Positions 39,875 through 49,920 of a DNA stretch of 64,000 nucleotides are shown here, one piece after another. Position numbers and translations under genes: made by a program. Under the pieces are notes generated by a model. It saw only the letters and a list, made by a program, of their open reading frames with translations. It searched no databases and was not told where the DNA came from. Within the stretch, counting starts at the first letter, position 1, and every line of letters begins with the position of its first letter. This stretch comes from a phage: sequence record PX418922.1. One strand, written 5' to 3'.

Positions 39875-40702
39875 TTACAGAATGTGTTGTTTTGTGTAAC
39901 GATCCAAGAATTCAAAGTTTTCAGCATACTTTGAAATTCGGTTGTAACCTTCTCCCAAACATCCGAAGAAAAGTTGCTCTACATAGTAGTGTGGCAATTG
40001 GCTAAGAATGATTTTGAAGTCTTCGTGATTTTGGCCCATAAGATACTTAATAGGACGAACAAGACACTGTGCATCACGTTCTTCATTAATCATTTTAACA
40101 AAAGCTTCTGGTGTATTAATATAATTAAAATTCAGTTTAGCTTCGGTATCTGCTTGATTACCTTCATATTTTGCAAAATACAGGAAGTAAACATCATTTT
40201 TAACTTGATTTTCATCAAGGATCTCAATCAGTTTGTCTTCGTGCGTTCCAGTGATATTTACATCATCAATGAATACAAGCTTCTTATCACCCCAGAATTC
40301 TTTGTTGCAGTAGAATGTATCCCCATCAATAAGTTTCTTACGACTAGCTTTATCCAAGAAGCCATAATCATTAATATAGCTAACTTTACGATGAATAATA
40401 TCCAGTTCTGCTGAACGACCTTGATCATATTGTGCTTGCAACATATTAAAGTAATTAATAAAATGATCTGTCATCATTGTGGCAGCATTATGCACATGGT
40501 TGTAAGGAGAAGGAATGATAACAAATTGTTCCCCAATATGTTTCATTGCCACTTGAGCAAAAAACTGAAGTGCCAATTCTTTACCCATACGACGCGCGGC
40601 TTGGTTACTACCAAATTTCAATTTTGAATAATCTTGGATATCAAAAGTAGCAGTTTCCAGGTCATCAAATTTATTTGCAAAAATTTGAGTTTGATTACGC
40701 AT
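39875..40702 (-). CDS. phosphoribosyltransferase-domain protein
   Basis: 'KLVFIDDVNITGTHE' matches PRPP-binding motif of type I PRTases. Confidence 0.45.
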   Translation of the reverse strand: MRNQTQIFANKFDDLETATFDIQDYSKLKFGSNQAARRMGKELALQFFAQVAMKHIGEQFVIIPSPYNHVHNAATMMTDHFINYFNMLQAQYDQGRSAELDIIHRKVSYINDYGFLDKASRKKLIDGDTFYCNKEFWGDKKLVFIDDVNITGTHEDKLIEILDENQVKNDVYFLYFAKYEGNQADTEAKLNFNYINTPEAFVKMINEERDAQCLVRPIKYLMGQNHEDFKIILSQLPHYYVEQLFFGCLGEGYNRISKYAENFEFLDRYTKQHIL

Positions 40703-41351
40703 TTACAATTTCTCCTCTTTTAAGTTTCTCTAGTAAGTCGTTAGGGTTCTTAATATGACAGAAGTTAAATCCTAAGTCAACACATTTTCCATCATATTCT
40801 TCACTATCGCCTACGTGCAATACTTCGTGCCCTAACAGAGGGATCGGAGAATACGTGAGCGTGCGAGCAAAGAATCGCGGATCTGGTTTACAAAGTAAAG
40901 CTTCATCCGAGAAATGGGTGAACTCAAAACAATTCCAACTATCAAACTTACAAGCACGACGCAGGATATCCCCTGATATAAAGTTGGTATTGCTCTTAAT
41001 ACTCAAATCATAACGTCCCGAAAGATACAGCAAGTACATCGGCAGATCCACGGCTACGTGTGGTGGAAACTTAAGGAACCACTGTTCACACTCGAAACGA
41101 AGCTTTGCAGACTTCCAAGGTGTTATCCCAAGTTCAGAACCAAGTTTTTCCCAAGCGTATGCTGCACACTCGGCTTTGCCTTGAAGTGCTGCATTATCCA
41201 GTTCCTTTTTGATCTTCTTATAAGCTGCTCTTGCTTCCACTTCCGTAATATCTCCATATTTTGCGATAGTCCAGGCTCGCATGTCTGCGTAATTGGAGTT
41301 TGCTGTGATCAGTGTGTTCCATACATCAAAAGAGATATGTTTAATAGTCAT
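40695..41351 (-). CDS. HAD-superfamily hydrolase-like protein
   Basis: N-terminal 'FDVWNTL' (motif I-like) and C-terminal 'VGDSEEYD' (motif IV-like). Confidence 0.45.
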   Translation of the reverse strand: MTIKHISFDVWNTLITANSNYADMRAWTIAKYGDITEVEARAAYKKIKKELDNAALQGKAECAAYAWEKLGSELGITPWKSAKLRFECEQWFLKFPPHVAVDLPMYLLYLSGRYDLSIKSNTNFISGDILRRACKFDSWNCFEFTHFSDEALLCKPDPRFFARTLTYSPIPLLGHEVLHVGDSEEYDGKCVDLGFNFCHIKNPNDLLEKLKRGEIVNA

Positions 41352-41352
41352 A

Positions 41353-41958
41353 TTAAGCCCACCATGCGTCTAAGTTAAGATTACTGTCCACTACCACTTG
41401 TTCTATGTGGTAGCCTTTTATCTGTATCCCACTGTTCAAGAGCATATCATACGCTTCATTGAAACGCAACTTATCTTCTGCGGAATATAAGCGAGCATTA
41501 TAAAATCGGTAATCAATTTCTTCAGCATTAGAAGAAATACGGAAGAAGTTTGTTTCTACTTCGGGATCACTTGCTGAAGTCTTAATGTGAACTTCTCCGT
41601 AATTTTCTTTACTTAGATCCATGAAAAGAACACAGGCAACATGTTTAAACATTCGTTCCAGTTTGTAACGAACAACATTGAAACCTGCATTCTCAAGTTT
41701 TTCTACACACTGCAACATTAAAGTAGTGTCGAGATCGCTTTGATACTTTGTTAACATACGATCACGTTGAGACTTTGTATCCCGATGTAAATCAATTGTT
41801 GTGCATTTGGCACCAATAATCTTAGCTGCTTTCATCAACTCTTCAGAACTAACGTTAGATAAAGTAAGATGAAAATGGGCTTTCCACACTTTTTTAGCAG
41901 GGACACCAAAAGATTTATCCCCACTATTCGGCATGCTGACTACTACACTATGTTGCAT
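41353..41958 (-). CDS. hypothetical protein
   Basis: 201-aa ORF; 'HFHLTL' could be a 2H-phosphoesterase-like motif but unconfirmed. Confidence 0.4.
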   Translation of the reverse strand: MQHSVVVSMPNSGDKSFGVPAKKVWKAHFHLTLSNVSSEELMKAAKIIGAKCTTIDLHRDTKSQRDRMLTKYQSDLDTTLMLQCVEKLENAGFNVVRYKLERMFKHVACVLFMDLSKENYGEVHIKTSASDPEVETNFFRISSNAEEIDYRFYNARLYSAEDKLRFNEAYDMLLNSGIQIKGYHIEQVVVDSNLNLDAWWA

Positions 41959-41973
41959 TACTTATCTCCTCAC

Positions 41974-42198
41974 TTAAAATGGAAGTCTTTGAAGTTCATC
42001 TCCTCCGATATCAAGTAATTTAGCAACATCTCGATCAGAAAGCAACTCTTTTCTTTGTAAAATATCCACAAGGGTTGCAAGAATGTCCTTAACGTCCCGA
42101 TCACTGTTCTTCAAAAGTTCTCCTGCCGTCCCTACTCTATCTCCTACAGCAAAATATGTAACCATGAAACCTCCTAAGTTAATCTGATTGCCAACCAC
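41974..42198 (-). CDS. hypothetical small protein
   Basis: 74-aa ORF. Confidence 0.35.
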   Translation of the reverse strand: MVGNQINLGGFMVTYFAVGDRVGTAGELLKNSDRDVKDILATLVDILQRKELLSDRDVAKLLDIGGDELQRLPF

Positions 42199-42649
42199 TT
42201 GCCGTTTTGGTCCATAATCTTTGATTATCTGACCCTCTGAAAGGTTTTGTAGTTGGATTGTTTATTTCATACTTTCCGTCTACAATAATGTCAACAATAT
42301 TTTTAATATACAAAGGCACTTCCTCAAAAGTATATCCTGTATACACCATTATATCTTTGCTTGACCCATAAACATCTCTAACCTTTTCTATAAGGTTTTT
42401 AACATTGTAAATATTCTGCGGATCTAATGGCTCTCCTCCTAAAATTGTTAAACCTTTTACAAACGGTCTTGACAAATCTTTTAAAACTTGCTCTACATTT
42501 TCGTGAGTAAACGGTTTCCCATAAGAATAAGACCAGGCTTTTTGGTTAAAACAGCCACGACAACCGTGGCTACAACCACTAACCCAGAGGGAGCACCTAA
42601 CTCCCTCACCATTAATAAGATCTACAGGTTCGTATCCTGCAAAATTCAA
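42179..42649 (-). CDS. nrdG: anaerobic ribonucleotide reductase activating protein (radical SAM)
   Basis: 'CSLWVSGCSHGCRGC' CxxxCxxC cluster; 4-nt overlap with NrdD gene. Confidence 0.75.
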   Translation of the reverse strand: MNFAGYEPVDLINGEGVRCSLWVSGCSHGCRGCFNQKAWSYSYGKPFTHENVEQVLKDLSRPFVKGLTILGGEPLDPQNIYNVKNLIEKVRDVYGSSKDIMVYTGYTFEEVPLYIKNIVDIIVDGKYEINNPTTKPFRGSDNQRLWTKTASGWQSD

Positions 42650-44460
42650 AAATGTTTCTCCCTTTGCAAAACTTCCTGCATTTTACCTTTGTTATAAGGC
42701 CGTGAATTAGGGGCAGAAAGATACCCTGATACACGTCTAACTACAGAAATAGTTTCTTCTTCATGGTTGCCACAATCAGGACACTCAAACCCTTTAGCCG
42801 TTGCCTTAAATTCCCCATGAAAACCACACTTAAAGCATTGATCCACGGGCTGATTAATACCAAAATAGTGAATATGTTCATAAGCGTAGTCTACTAAAGT
42901 CTCCAAAGCTTCTAAGTTATTCTTTAAGTTTGGTGTTTCGACATAACTTATGTTACCACCATTACTAATCTGTGCAAAACCTGCTTCATAATCCCATTTT
43001 TCAAAAGGATTTGTTACCAACCATACAGGTTGATGAAAAGAGTTAGTAAGATAGTCTCTTTCTACCAAACCTGGGTATTTTTCATTTAAAGCTGTTGCAA
43101 ACTTATAGCACAAAGATTCTGCTGGAGTTCCATAGAGACTAAACGCCAGCTTAGATCGTTCTTTAAACACAGCACACACATCTTTCATATGTTGCAGAAT
43201 GCTTTTACCAAGTTCCTTTTTATCTTTTTCTTCTGGATAAAGGATTTCCAAAGCTTCGGCAAGACCTACATAACCAATACTAATAGAAGCATAACCACCT
43301 TCAAACAAAACACCAATTTCATCATTGGCATTTAAACGCGCTAAAGCCCCTTCCATGAAAAGAATAGGGTTTTCAGATGCTTTGGTATGTCTGATACGGT
43401 TTACACGTAGCATGTGAGCATCGTAGGCTATCTCCATATGTTTATTAAGAAGATCGGTGAAAGATTCTCCTTTACTTCTCGCTTCCGCAGCGATCAGAGG
43501 TAAGTTGATAGAAACTACTCCAAGGTTGAATCGTCCATCGTATTTTTCTCCTTGTTCGGTGGCATAGTACGACAAAAAGGAACGACAACCCATACTCGTA
43601 ACAGTACCATCTGCTGATCCCGTAACTTCTTTGTTCAAAGGAACAGAAATAAAATCTGGATAAATACGATCAGCACAACATGCCAAAGCTTGTTGCTTAA
43701 GGTCATAGTTAGGATCACTAGGTTTCATGTTAACACCTTCTTGTAAAAAGAAAATAACTTTAGGGAATACAGGTGTTACATGATCTTTGCCTAGACCGTT
43801 ACTATGCACTTTAAGATAGTTAGCTGTGATCATTCTGCCAAAAACAGAGGTATCCAGACCCATACTGATTGTAATAAAAGGAGATTGTCCATTAACACTC
43901 ATTAAAGTATTAACCTGATACAAGAGAGTTTGCATAGCATCGTATACATCTTGTTCGGTCATTTCTAGGGCTTCTTTCCTTGCATAACAACCGTAGCGAC
44001 GTTTGGTTATCTCCATGTTTTTAAGGAAACTAGCTTCAACATAAGGACTAAGACCTTTATCAATGTGCGCACACGTCTGACCTCCATACTGACTGGAGGC
44101 AACAGCTTGGATGATTTGAGTTAGCACTGTGGTAGCTACTCCAATAGATTTTGGTTTTTCTATCTGTGCAGCACCGATCTTAAAACCATTTTCTAACATA
44201 TCTTGATAATTAACAAGACAACAGTTTGTAAGAGGAGAGAGCAGATAATCCAAGTCGTGAATATGTCCAAAACCTTCTGTATGCCATTCTGACAAGTTTT
44301 TTGGCAGTATCTGTGTCATTGCCATATGTTTGCTTAAAATCCCAGCCAAGAGATCCCTATGCGTGTTAACGAGGTGGGAAGGTTTGTTTGCATTCTCTCT
44401 AGTGTATGTTTCTGAAGTACGATCTAAAAAAGAAAAAACATCTTGGTACAAATCTTTCAT
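42646..44460 (-). CDS. nrdD: anaerobic ribonucleoside-triphosphate reductase (class III)
   Basis: 604-aa ORF with C-terminal Zn ribbon 'CFKCG...CPDCG' and glycyl-radical motif 'RVSGYL'. Confidence 0.85.
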   Translation of the reverse strand: MKDLYQDVFSFLDRTSETYTRENANKPSHLVNTHRDLLAGILSKHMAMTQILPKNLSEWHTEGFGHIHDLDYLLSPLTNCCLVNYQDMLENGFKIGAAQIEKPKSIGVATTVLTQIIQAVASSQYGGQTCAHIDKGLSPYVEASFLKNMEITKRRYGCYARKEALEMTEQDVYDAMQTLLYQVNTLMSVNGQSPFITISMGLDTSVFGRMITANYLKVHSNGLGKDHVTPVFPKVIFFLQEGVNMKPSDPNYDLKQQALACCADRIYPDFISVPLNKEVTGSADGTVTSMGCRSFLSYYATEQGEKYDGRFNLGVVSINLPLIAAEARSKGESFTDLLNKHMEIAYDAHMLRVNRIRHTKASENPILFMEGALARLNANDEIGVLFEGGYASISIGYVGLAEALEILYPEEKDKKELGKSILQHMKDVCAVFKERSKLAFSLYGTPAESLCYKFATALNEKYPGLVERDYLTNSFHQPVWLVTNPFEKWDYEAGFAQISNGGNISYVETPNLKNNLEALETLVDYAYEHIHYFGINQPVDQCFKCGFHGEFKATAKGFECPDCGNHEEETISVVRRVSGYLSAPNSRPYNKGKMQEVLQREKHF

Positions 44461-44560
44461 TATTAATCCTTATTTTGTGAGTAGAACTATTATTCTACCT
44501 CTTCCAACCGAAAAAAGCTTTGAGGAAAATCAAAAAAGGCGCAAAGTGCGCCTTTAAGTT

Positions 44561-45907
44561 TTATCGTTTGGAGAGGAATTGTCTTCCCATGATCTTACCG
44601 TTCTTTACAGCGGTCCCATCGTGTCCATTATAATCCCAAGTTCCATCAATGTTACGCAAGAAACTATCACGAACAGTGTAGGCTTTACCGTTCTCTACTT
44701 TACTTTCTTCCACAATGATTGCCATAACAAGCTTATTTTCAATTTCGGTAGTAACCGATTCTTTAATACCCTCTGTAACTTCACGATCATATTGGATATA
44801 AACTCGCTCCTCGGTCACTTGCACGTCTACCACATTTTTAAATGTGTATGTCTGCTGTGTAGTGTAAAGGACACGAACGACACTCTTCTTACCTACTGGC
44901 GGCTTCTGACGACGCTTGCGGTAACGGGGAGACGGGTTAAGTTTAATATAACCTACAATATCTGATCCATCTCCAGAGTGGCTCCAATAAAACGTCTCTG
45001 CCAAACCTTTTCCTTGGTCCCCATTTCGAAAAAGAACATTAACAGGACCATCACAAGGGCGTCTACCTCCAATGTGGGCTTGGTATTTTGCTGTTCTTGG
45101 GAGAACAAAATATTCTTCAATCTGCCATTCACTATCGTATTTCTCCCATTCAAAGTGGTTGGCTTTGCATACTTCTAAAACACCATTTTTGTAACGGACT
45201 TGAACAAAGTCCTCACAAGGTTGAATACCTGTATTAGGAATATAGGTAGGCTCTGTGTCTTCTGGTTCAAAAGTCTCTTTTTGTTGTTCCATATCTTCCA
45301 CTTTCCTTACATGCTTAGTATAAAACATATCTTTAAACTCCTGTGCTTCAACCTCAACTGCAAATTCATGTTCTCTGACAGCCGGAGGCACAAGGCTTCC
45401 ACACTCAAGATGCAGCGCATCCAGACCTGCCACTTTATCGTAAAAGATAACTTTTCGATACTTCTTACCGTTTTCTGGAAAAGCAGGGTCTACTCGTTTA
45501 AGACGGGAAGCATCACTTTTAGTCCAAAAACTCTTCCCTGTTGTATTATTGAAAGTAGTAATCATCTCTCCAATTTCTTCTTCAGAAAGGTTACTAGTGT
45601 CTGTGTAAACATCTTCAATTTTTAGCATTTTAGTTTTCTTAAGAATTAAATCTAGCATTGCATCTCCTGTAAAACGTAGCTCATTATCTCCTACTGTCGG
45701 CTCTCCAGAAAATTCATTGGTCCCGACTGTGTGACAGACGTATGGAAAATTTGTGCAACCGTGTAAAAGAGCATATTGTCCTGTAAGTTTAGGATCTGTC
45801 TCTTTAGTCCAACCATATGCAATTTCAATAGCTTTGCAAAGCCTATCGAACAAGCCCCGATTGTTTGCCGCTGTTACCAAATCTTGCTTATGTGTATATA
45901 CATTCAT
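44561..45907 (-). CDS. hypothetical protein
   Basis: 448-aa ORF, no recognisable motif. Confidence 0.45.
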   Translation of the reverse strand: MNVYTHKQDLVTAANNRGLFDRLCKAIEIAYGWTKETDPKLTGQYALLHGCTNFPYVCHTVGTNEFSGEPTVGDNELRFTGDAMLDLILKKTKMLKIEDVYTDTSNLSEEEIGEMITTFNNTTGKSFWTKSDASRLKRVDPAFPENGKKYRKVIFYDKVAGLDALHLECGSLVPPAVREHEFAVEVEAQEFKDMFYTKHVRKVEDMEQQKETFEPEDTEPTYIPNTGIQPCEDFVQVRYKNGVLEVCKANHFEWEKYDSEWQIEEYFVLPRTAKYQAHIGGRRPCDGPVNVLFRNGDQGKGLAETFYWSHSGDGSDIVGYIKLNPSPRYRKRRQKPPVGKKSVVRVLYTTQQTYTFKNVVDVQVTEERVYIQYDREVTEGIKESVTTEIENKLVMAIIVEESKVENGKAYTVRDSFLRNIDGTWDYNGHDGTAVKNGKIMGRQFLSKR

Positions 45908-46458
45908 AATAACCCTCCTCGTTTTATTGCAATAGATGCCCTAGGCTCTGCGATACCAGTGGCGTATAAATACGGATGACCTTGTGGAGAAGTTCTCATC
46001 CCAAACGAACCTAATTCTAACCCATACATATCTTCCACGTCAAGACCAATATCTGTCTCTATGATTTGAGTTTGAACTTTGTAATACGTCCAAAAGAAAT
46101 AGCGCATAGTTTCGGCATATTCTTTGACGGACGCTCCTGGATAAAACTCAATAATTTCCAACTTTAAGAAAATGTTAAAATGAGCATCATCCAACTCTTC
46201 TTCTGTTCGGTAGCAAGGTGTTAGAGCCATATAAGGATGATCTGTTGAAAATTCAAACCCGTCTTTCTCCATTTGGAGGAAAGACTGCTCTGCACTGGCT
46301 ACGTAGAACTTACCATTAGGATGCCCCAAGGGGCGATCCTCTTTACCTTCTGGTAATGTATATGCAAGGATATCCGCATCTACAAGATAAGGGACTTCCA
46401 ACATCTCCGCAAATCGCCCATAGTAATCAATAGCTTGAGCAATAACAGCTACGTTCAT
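45904..46458 (-). CDS. hypothetical protein
   Basis: 184-aa ORF. Confidence 0.45.
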   Translation of the reverse strand: MNVAVIAQAIDYYGRFAEMLEVPYLVDADILAYTLPEGKEDRPLGHPNGKFYVASAEQSFLQMEKDGFEFSTDHPYMALTPCYRTEEELDDAHFNIFLKLEIIEFYPGASVKEYAETMRYFFWTYYKVQTQIIETDIGLDVEDMYGLELGSFGMRTSPQGHPYLYATGIAEPRASIAIKRGGLL

Positions 46459-46706
46459 GATCTCCCTCCTGTGCGGAAAGCGCGTTTAGTAATGTTGGAC
46501 ATAATGATTAAATCTTGTAAAGTCATATCTGGGAACTGTTGTTCTAAAACTCCCTCGACAGCACCTATAATATCAGATAGTTCAACAAGTTGCATTATTT
46601 TGCAATCCTGTTCAACAGCATCGAAAAGTTCTTCCACTTCCTCTTTAATCTTTTCTATGCTTCCGTAAGATTGTTTCTTAATGTCTGTTATGTGATACCC
46701 TGCCAT
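46455..46706 (-). CDS. hypothetical small protein
   Basis: 83-aa ORF. Confidence 0.4.
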   Translation of the reverse strand: MAGYHITDIKKQSYGSIEKIKEEVEELFDAVEQDCKIMQLVELSDIIGAVEGVLEQQFPDMTLQDLIIMSNITKRAFRTGGRS

Positions 46707-48299
46707 TTAACGATCCTCTCTGATTTGATTAATCTTACGAGCAAGGGCAGCTATAAGTTTATCTTCTTCAGATACAGGAGCTGTGCTCTTACCTAAACGA
46801 TGCATGTCTAAAATCTCTTGAACAGTTCGGTTCCATTGCAGGCATTTAATACAACGTGTATGTGCAACATACAGAAGATTTCGTTCTGATTCTTCAAGAC
46901 CTACCCACTCACCCTTCTTATCATAATTGGAAGGAAAGTCATTTGCAACAATAACCTGATCCCATTCCAAACCTTTTGATTTGTGGGCTGTAGTTAAAGT
47001 AACTTTAGCCGTTGGAGAGTTACGGTGCATACGTAAAGTATATGCAATATTATTAGCTTTACCAGAAACAACAATATTTAAAAGTCGTTTTGCATCAGGA
47101 TCTGATTCTGCACACTCTACAAATTCTTCCCAAGAAGTGTAAGGGAGAACTGTCTCATGCTTAACTTTGTCCAAATCGCCTCTACGTAAAGCATTAACAC
47201 TATCAACCATAGAAATGAAATCTTTGGTATCTACGTTAATAATAATCTCTTCTCCGTTAGCGATTCGGTCCATAGCTTCGAGCAACAGGGTCAAATTCTT
47301 ACGGAAAATAATGGTGTAAGGTTTACTATAATCTACCACATCAGAATGAAAACTTCCAGTGACAGTATCATAACCTTTGCCTACCAGCGGATGCTTCAGA
47401 GGTGAACGATCAGAAAGGATCGCATTAGCAATGTCCGCAACTTTAGGACCAAAGCGAAAACAAGCTGTCAGAGGCAACTCAACCCCATATGTAGCCGTTT
47501 GCTTCATCATGTTCTGGCTTCCACGGAACTGATAAATACTCTGAAATTCATCACCCACAACAACAATACGTTTAGCCGATTTAGCATTGCGAAGGATAGA
47601 CAGGAATGCAGGGTTAACATCCTGGAATTCATCTCCAAAAATAATATCGTATCCTAAATCTTCTTTACTCAATTCAAAGAGTTTCACATAGGTGTCATGA
47701 GTCATAATGGTTTCTGATTTAGGATCAATACGCTCACGCCAAAGTTGCTTCGCATATTTAACAACTTCGTTAATAAGTTTTTGTTCGTTGATGTTCTTAC
47801 GTTTAAGATCTGACATATGCACTTTAGGAAAATGTTTATGTCCAATATGTTCATCGTCAGAAAACTCATATTTAGCTAAAGTTTGTTTTACCATTAACCC
47901 GATCATTGCACGAGTCAGTAGCACTTTACCATTCTTATCAATCAAGTTCTGAATCTTGAATTTTTTGGCAATCTCGCTACCAGTTCCAGCTACGTTAACA
48001 TATTGACCTTCTGGACGAGACAATTTGTGTCGAAGGTTTTGTGGAAGACGCTGGTAACAGATTGAATGTAGCGTTCGGCACATAACGTTAGGCGGCATTT
48101 TACGTCGAGCTTCCTCTGCCATACTTTTGTTAAACGCCAAGTATAGAATACTATCATTTGTGCCATTAGCCAACATATACAGTGTTGACGTTTTACCTGA
48201 TCCAGATTTAGCTTGAATTGTAACGAAACGATTTTCTTTATACCCGCTTTCAATAGCGTATTGTTCATCAGTAGGTGTAAAACTCAATTGTGTAGACAC
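46707..48299 (-). CDS. UvrD/Rep-family DNA helicase-like protein
   Basis: Walker A 'AKSGSGKTST' and motif II 'GDEFQDVN'. Confidence 0.6.
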   Translation of the reverse strand: MSTQLSFTPTDEQYAIESGYKENRFVTIQAKSGSGKTSTLYMLANGTNDSILYLAFNKSMAEEARRKMPPNVMCRTLHSICYQRLPQNLRHKLSRPEGQYVNVAGTGSEIAKKFKIQNLIDKNGKVLLTRAMIGLMVKQTLAKYEFSDDEHIGHKHFPKVHMSDLKRKNINEQKLINEVVKYAKQLWRERIDPKSETIMTHDTYVKLFELSKEDLGYDIIFGDEFQDVNPAFLSILRNAKSAKRIVVVGDEFQSIYQFRGSQNMMKQTATYGVELPLTACFRFGPKVADIANAILSDRSPLKHPLVGKGYDTVTGSFHSDVVDYSKPYTIIFRKNLTLLLEAMDRIANGEEIIINVDTKDFISMVDSVNALRRGDLDKVKHETVLPYTSWEEFVECAESDPDAKRLLNIVVSGKANNIAYTLRMHRNSPTAKVTLTTAHKSKGLEWDQVIVANDFPSNYDKKGEWVGLEESERNLLYVAHTRCIKCLQWNRTVQEILDMHRLGKSTAPVSEEDKLIAALARKINQIREDR

Positions 48300-48313
48300 G
48301 TATTTCTCCTCTC

Positions 48314-48829
48314 TTAATAAAAACTCTTGACAATCCTCATCATTTCCTTAGCTCTGCTGGCGTAAGGTTCTTTTAGATTAGGTGGCAAATGTGCATTAAT
48401 GTACCCCATTTGTTTTTCCCATGTCCACTTATCTTTAAATCTTGGCATGGTGTCTCCTGCTAAACTGTTTTCTTTTCGTGTTTGAATAATCCAATTACAT
48501 GGAAAATGCACACCACCTTTACGGAAGGGAATATAATGTCCCAATGTGAATGCCTTATTGTTCTTTAAACGTCCAGCTAAATTAAGATTAACAATAAGAC
48601 TACGAAACACGTAGTATTGATAAAGATTGTCAACAGTATATACAGAGTAGTATGCTCTAAGTGCATTATCTCGACTAAGATTACCAACATCCAAACTACA
48701 CCAGTTTAAATTACTTGGATCATAGTTGTGATTATCAATCCATTCTTCTCTTTCCTCAAATTCTGCATTAACAGCAGATTGCCCTGCTGTAGATACAAAA
48801 AGAGAATTTGCATCAAAGAACATACTCAC
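48314..48829 (-). CDS. hypothetical protein
   Basis: 171-aa ORF. Confidence 0.45.
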   Translation of the reverse strand: MSMFFDANSLFVSTAGQSAVNAEFEEREEWIDNHNYDPSNLNWCSLDVGNLSRDNALRAYYSVYTVDNLYQYYVFRSLIVNLNLAGRLKNNKAFTLGHYIPFRKGGVHFPCNWIIQTRKENSLAGDTMPRFKDKWTWEKQMGYINAHLPPNLKEPYASRAKEMMRIVKSFY

Positions 48830-48837
48830 TCCCTCCT

Positions 48838-49248
48838 TTAGTTTACATCGTTTAGAGCATTACCAATCTTTAAGATAATAACATCATTAAGAGCTTCTTC
48901 TCCATTAAGGCCAGAGAAAGCAGGAGTAACGAAAGTTATCATATAATAATGGTCTTCTTGTAGGATTGCGATAACGCCATCTAGTTTAACATCTCCTGTG
49001 AAACGAAAAACTTTCAACTTTTGTTCTAAAGGAAGATCTCCTTCAACATTTAAAACCATATCTCCGACACCAAACTTTTCTGCCCCGATGTAGATGTAAG
49101 CTTGGTCCTCTTTTTTATGATAATACAATGTTGCTTGTTTGTCTTGTAGTGTTGTGATACCAAACACATCTACATCAATAATATTTTTCAAAAATTCTCC
49201 TCCCAAATCCAATAATTGTCTACATAAGTAGGATGCCTTTTGTCCCAC
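48838..49248 (-). CDS. hypothetical protein (start uncertain)
   Basis: 136-aa ORF overlapping upstream gene by ~60 nt; true start may be internal. Confidence 0.35.
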   Translation of the reverse strand: MGQKASYLCRQLLDLGGEFLKNIIDVDVFGITTLQDKQATLYYHKKEDQAYIYIGAEKFGVGDMVLNVEGDLPLEQKLKVFRFTGDVKLDGVIAILQEDHYYMITFVTPAFSGLNGEEALNDVIILKIGNALNDVN

Positions 49249-49556
49249 TCTTTTCTAGCCCAAGCTACGGCTGCTACCAATACATCTCCATGACAAGGTT
49301 GAGGTGAGCAGTAGCAAACTAAATCTTTCCCTTCTAACTCTAATAAATCTTCAAGAGTGATCTTACCACAACGAATTTGCTCCCACAACCACTCTTTATA
49401 CCTTTGTATGGTTGATCCTCGTGGTTCATCATCTTTTAACTTAAAAGGATTTGCAAACTTAGAGGCTTTTAGTCCCATATGTGGCATTGCTCTACCAATA
49501 TAAACAGCACCCTCTGGGATTGTTTTGCCTAAATGGTAAAAGTTTAATACCTTCAT
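49188..49556 (-). CDS. hypothetical protein with conserved Cys/His motif
   Basis: 'CYCSPQPCHGDVL' motif; 122-aa ORF. Confidence 0.4.
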   Translation of the reverse strand: MKVLNFYHLGKTIPEGAVYIGRAMPHMGLKASKFANPFKLKDDEPRGSTIQRYKEWLWEQIRCGKITLEDLLELEGKDLVCYCSPQPCHGDVLVAAVAWARKEWDKRHPTYVDNYWIWEENF

Positions 49557-49557
49557 A

Positions 49558-49920
49558 TTAACCTAAACACATACGTGCGATCAGACCCTGGATGAGTTTA
49601 TCTGCTTCTTCGCGATCATAGTCGGTATCTTCTATACCACCATCTTCATCACGATAAACTTTACCTTCCAGGTACCCAGCATCGATCAAACCAATAATCA
49701 AATCGAACTGCCAGCAAGAGTTACCGAAAGGGCGTTTTCCACTGAAACTATCTTCTTCTTCCCAAAGCGTAGAGAGCAGTCGTCTGAAATATTCACGCAC
49801 AGTAACAGTGCCAAGATCATCGTCTTCAAAAACAACATCTAAAGCATCTGGTTCAGCTTTCTCTACAACAGGCACATAACGTTGACCATTAATAACAACA
49901 TCTACGATTGTTTCTCTCAT
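49558..49920 (-). CDS. hypothetical acidic protein
   Basis: 120-aa ORF. Confidence 0.4.
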   Translation of the reverse strand: MRETIVDVVINGQRYVPVVEKAEPDALDVVFEDDDLGTVTVREYFRRLLSTLWEEEDSFSGKRPFGNSCWQFDLIIGLIDAGYLEGKVYRDEDGGIEDTDYDREEADKLIQGLIARMCLG

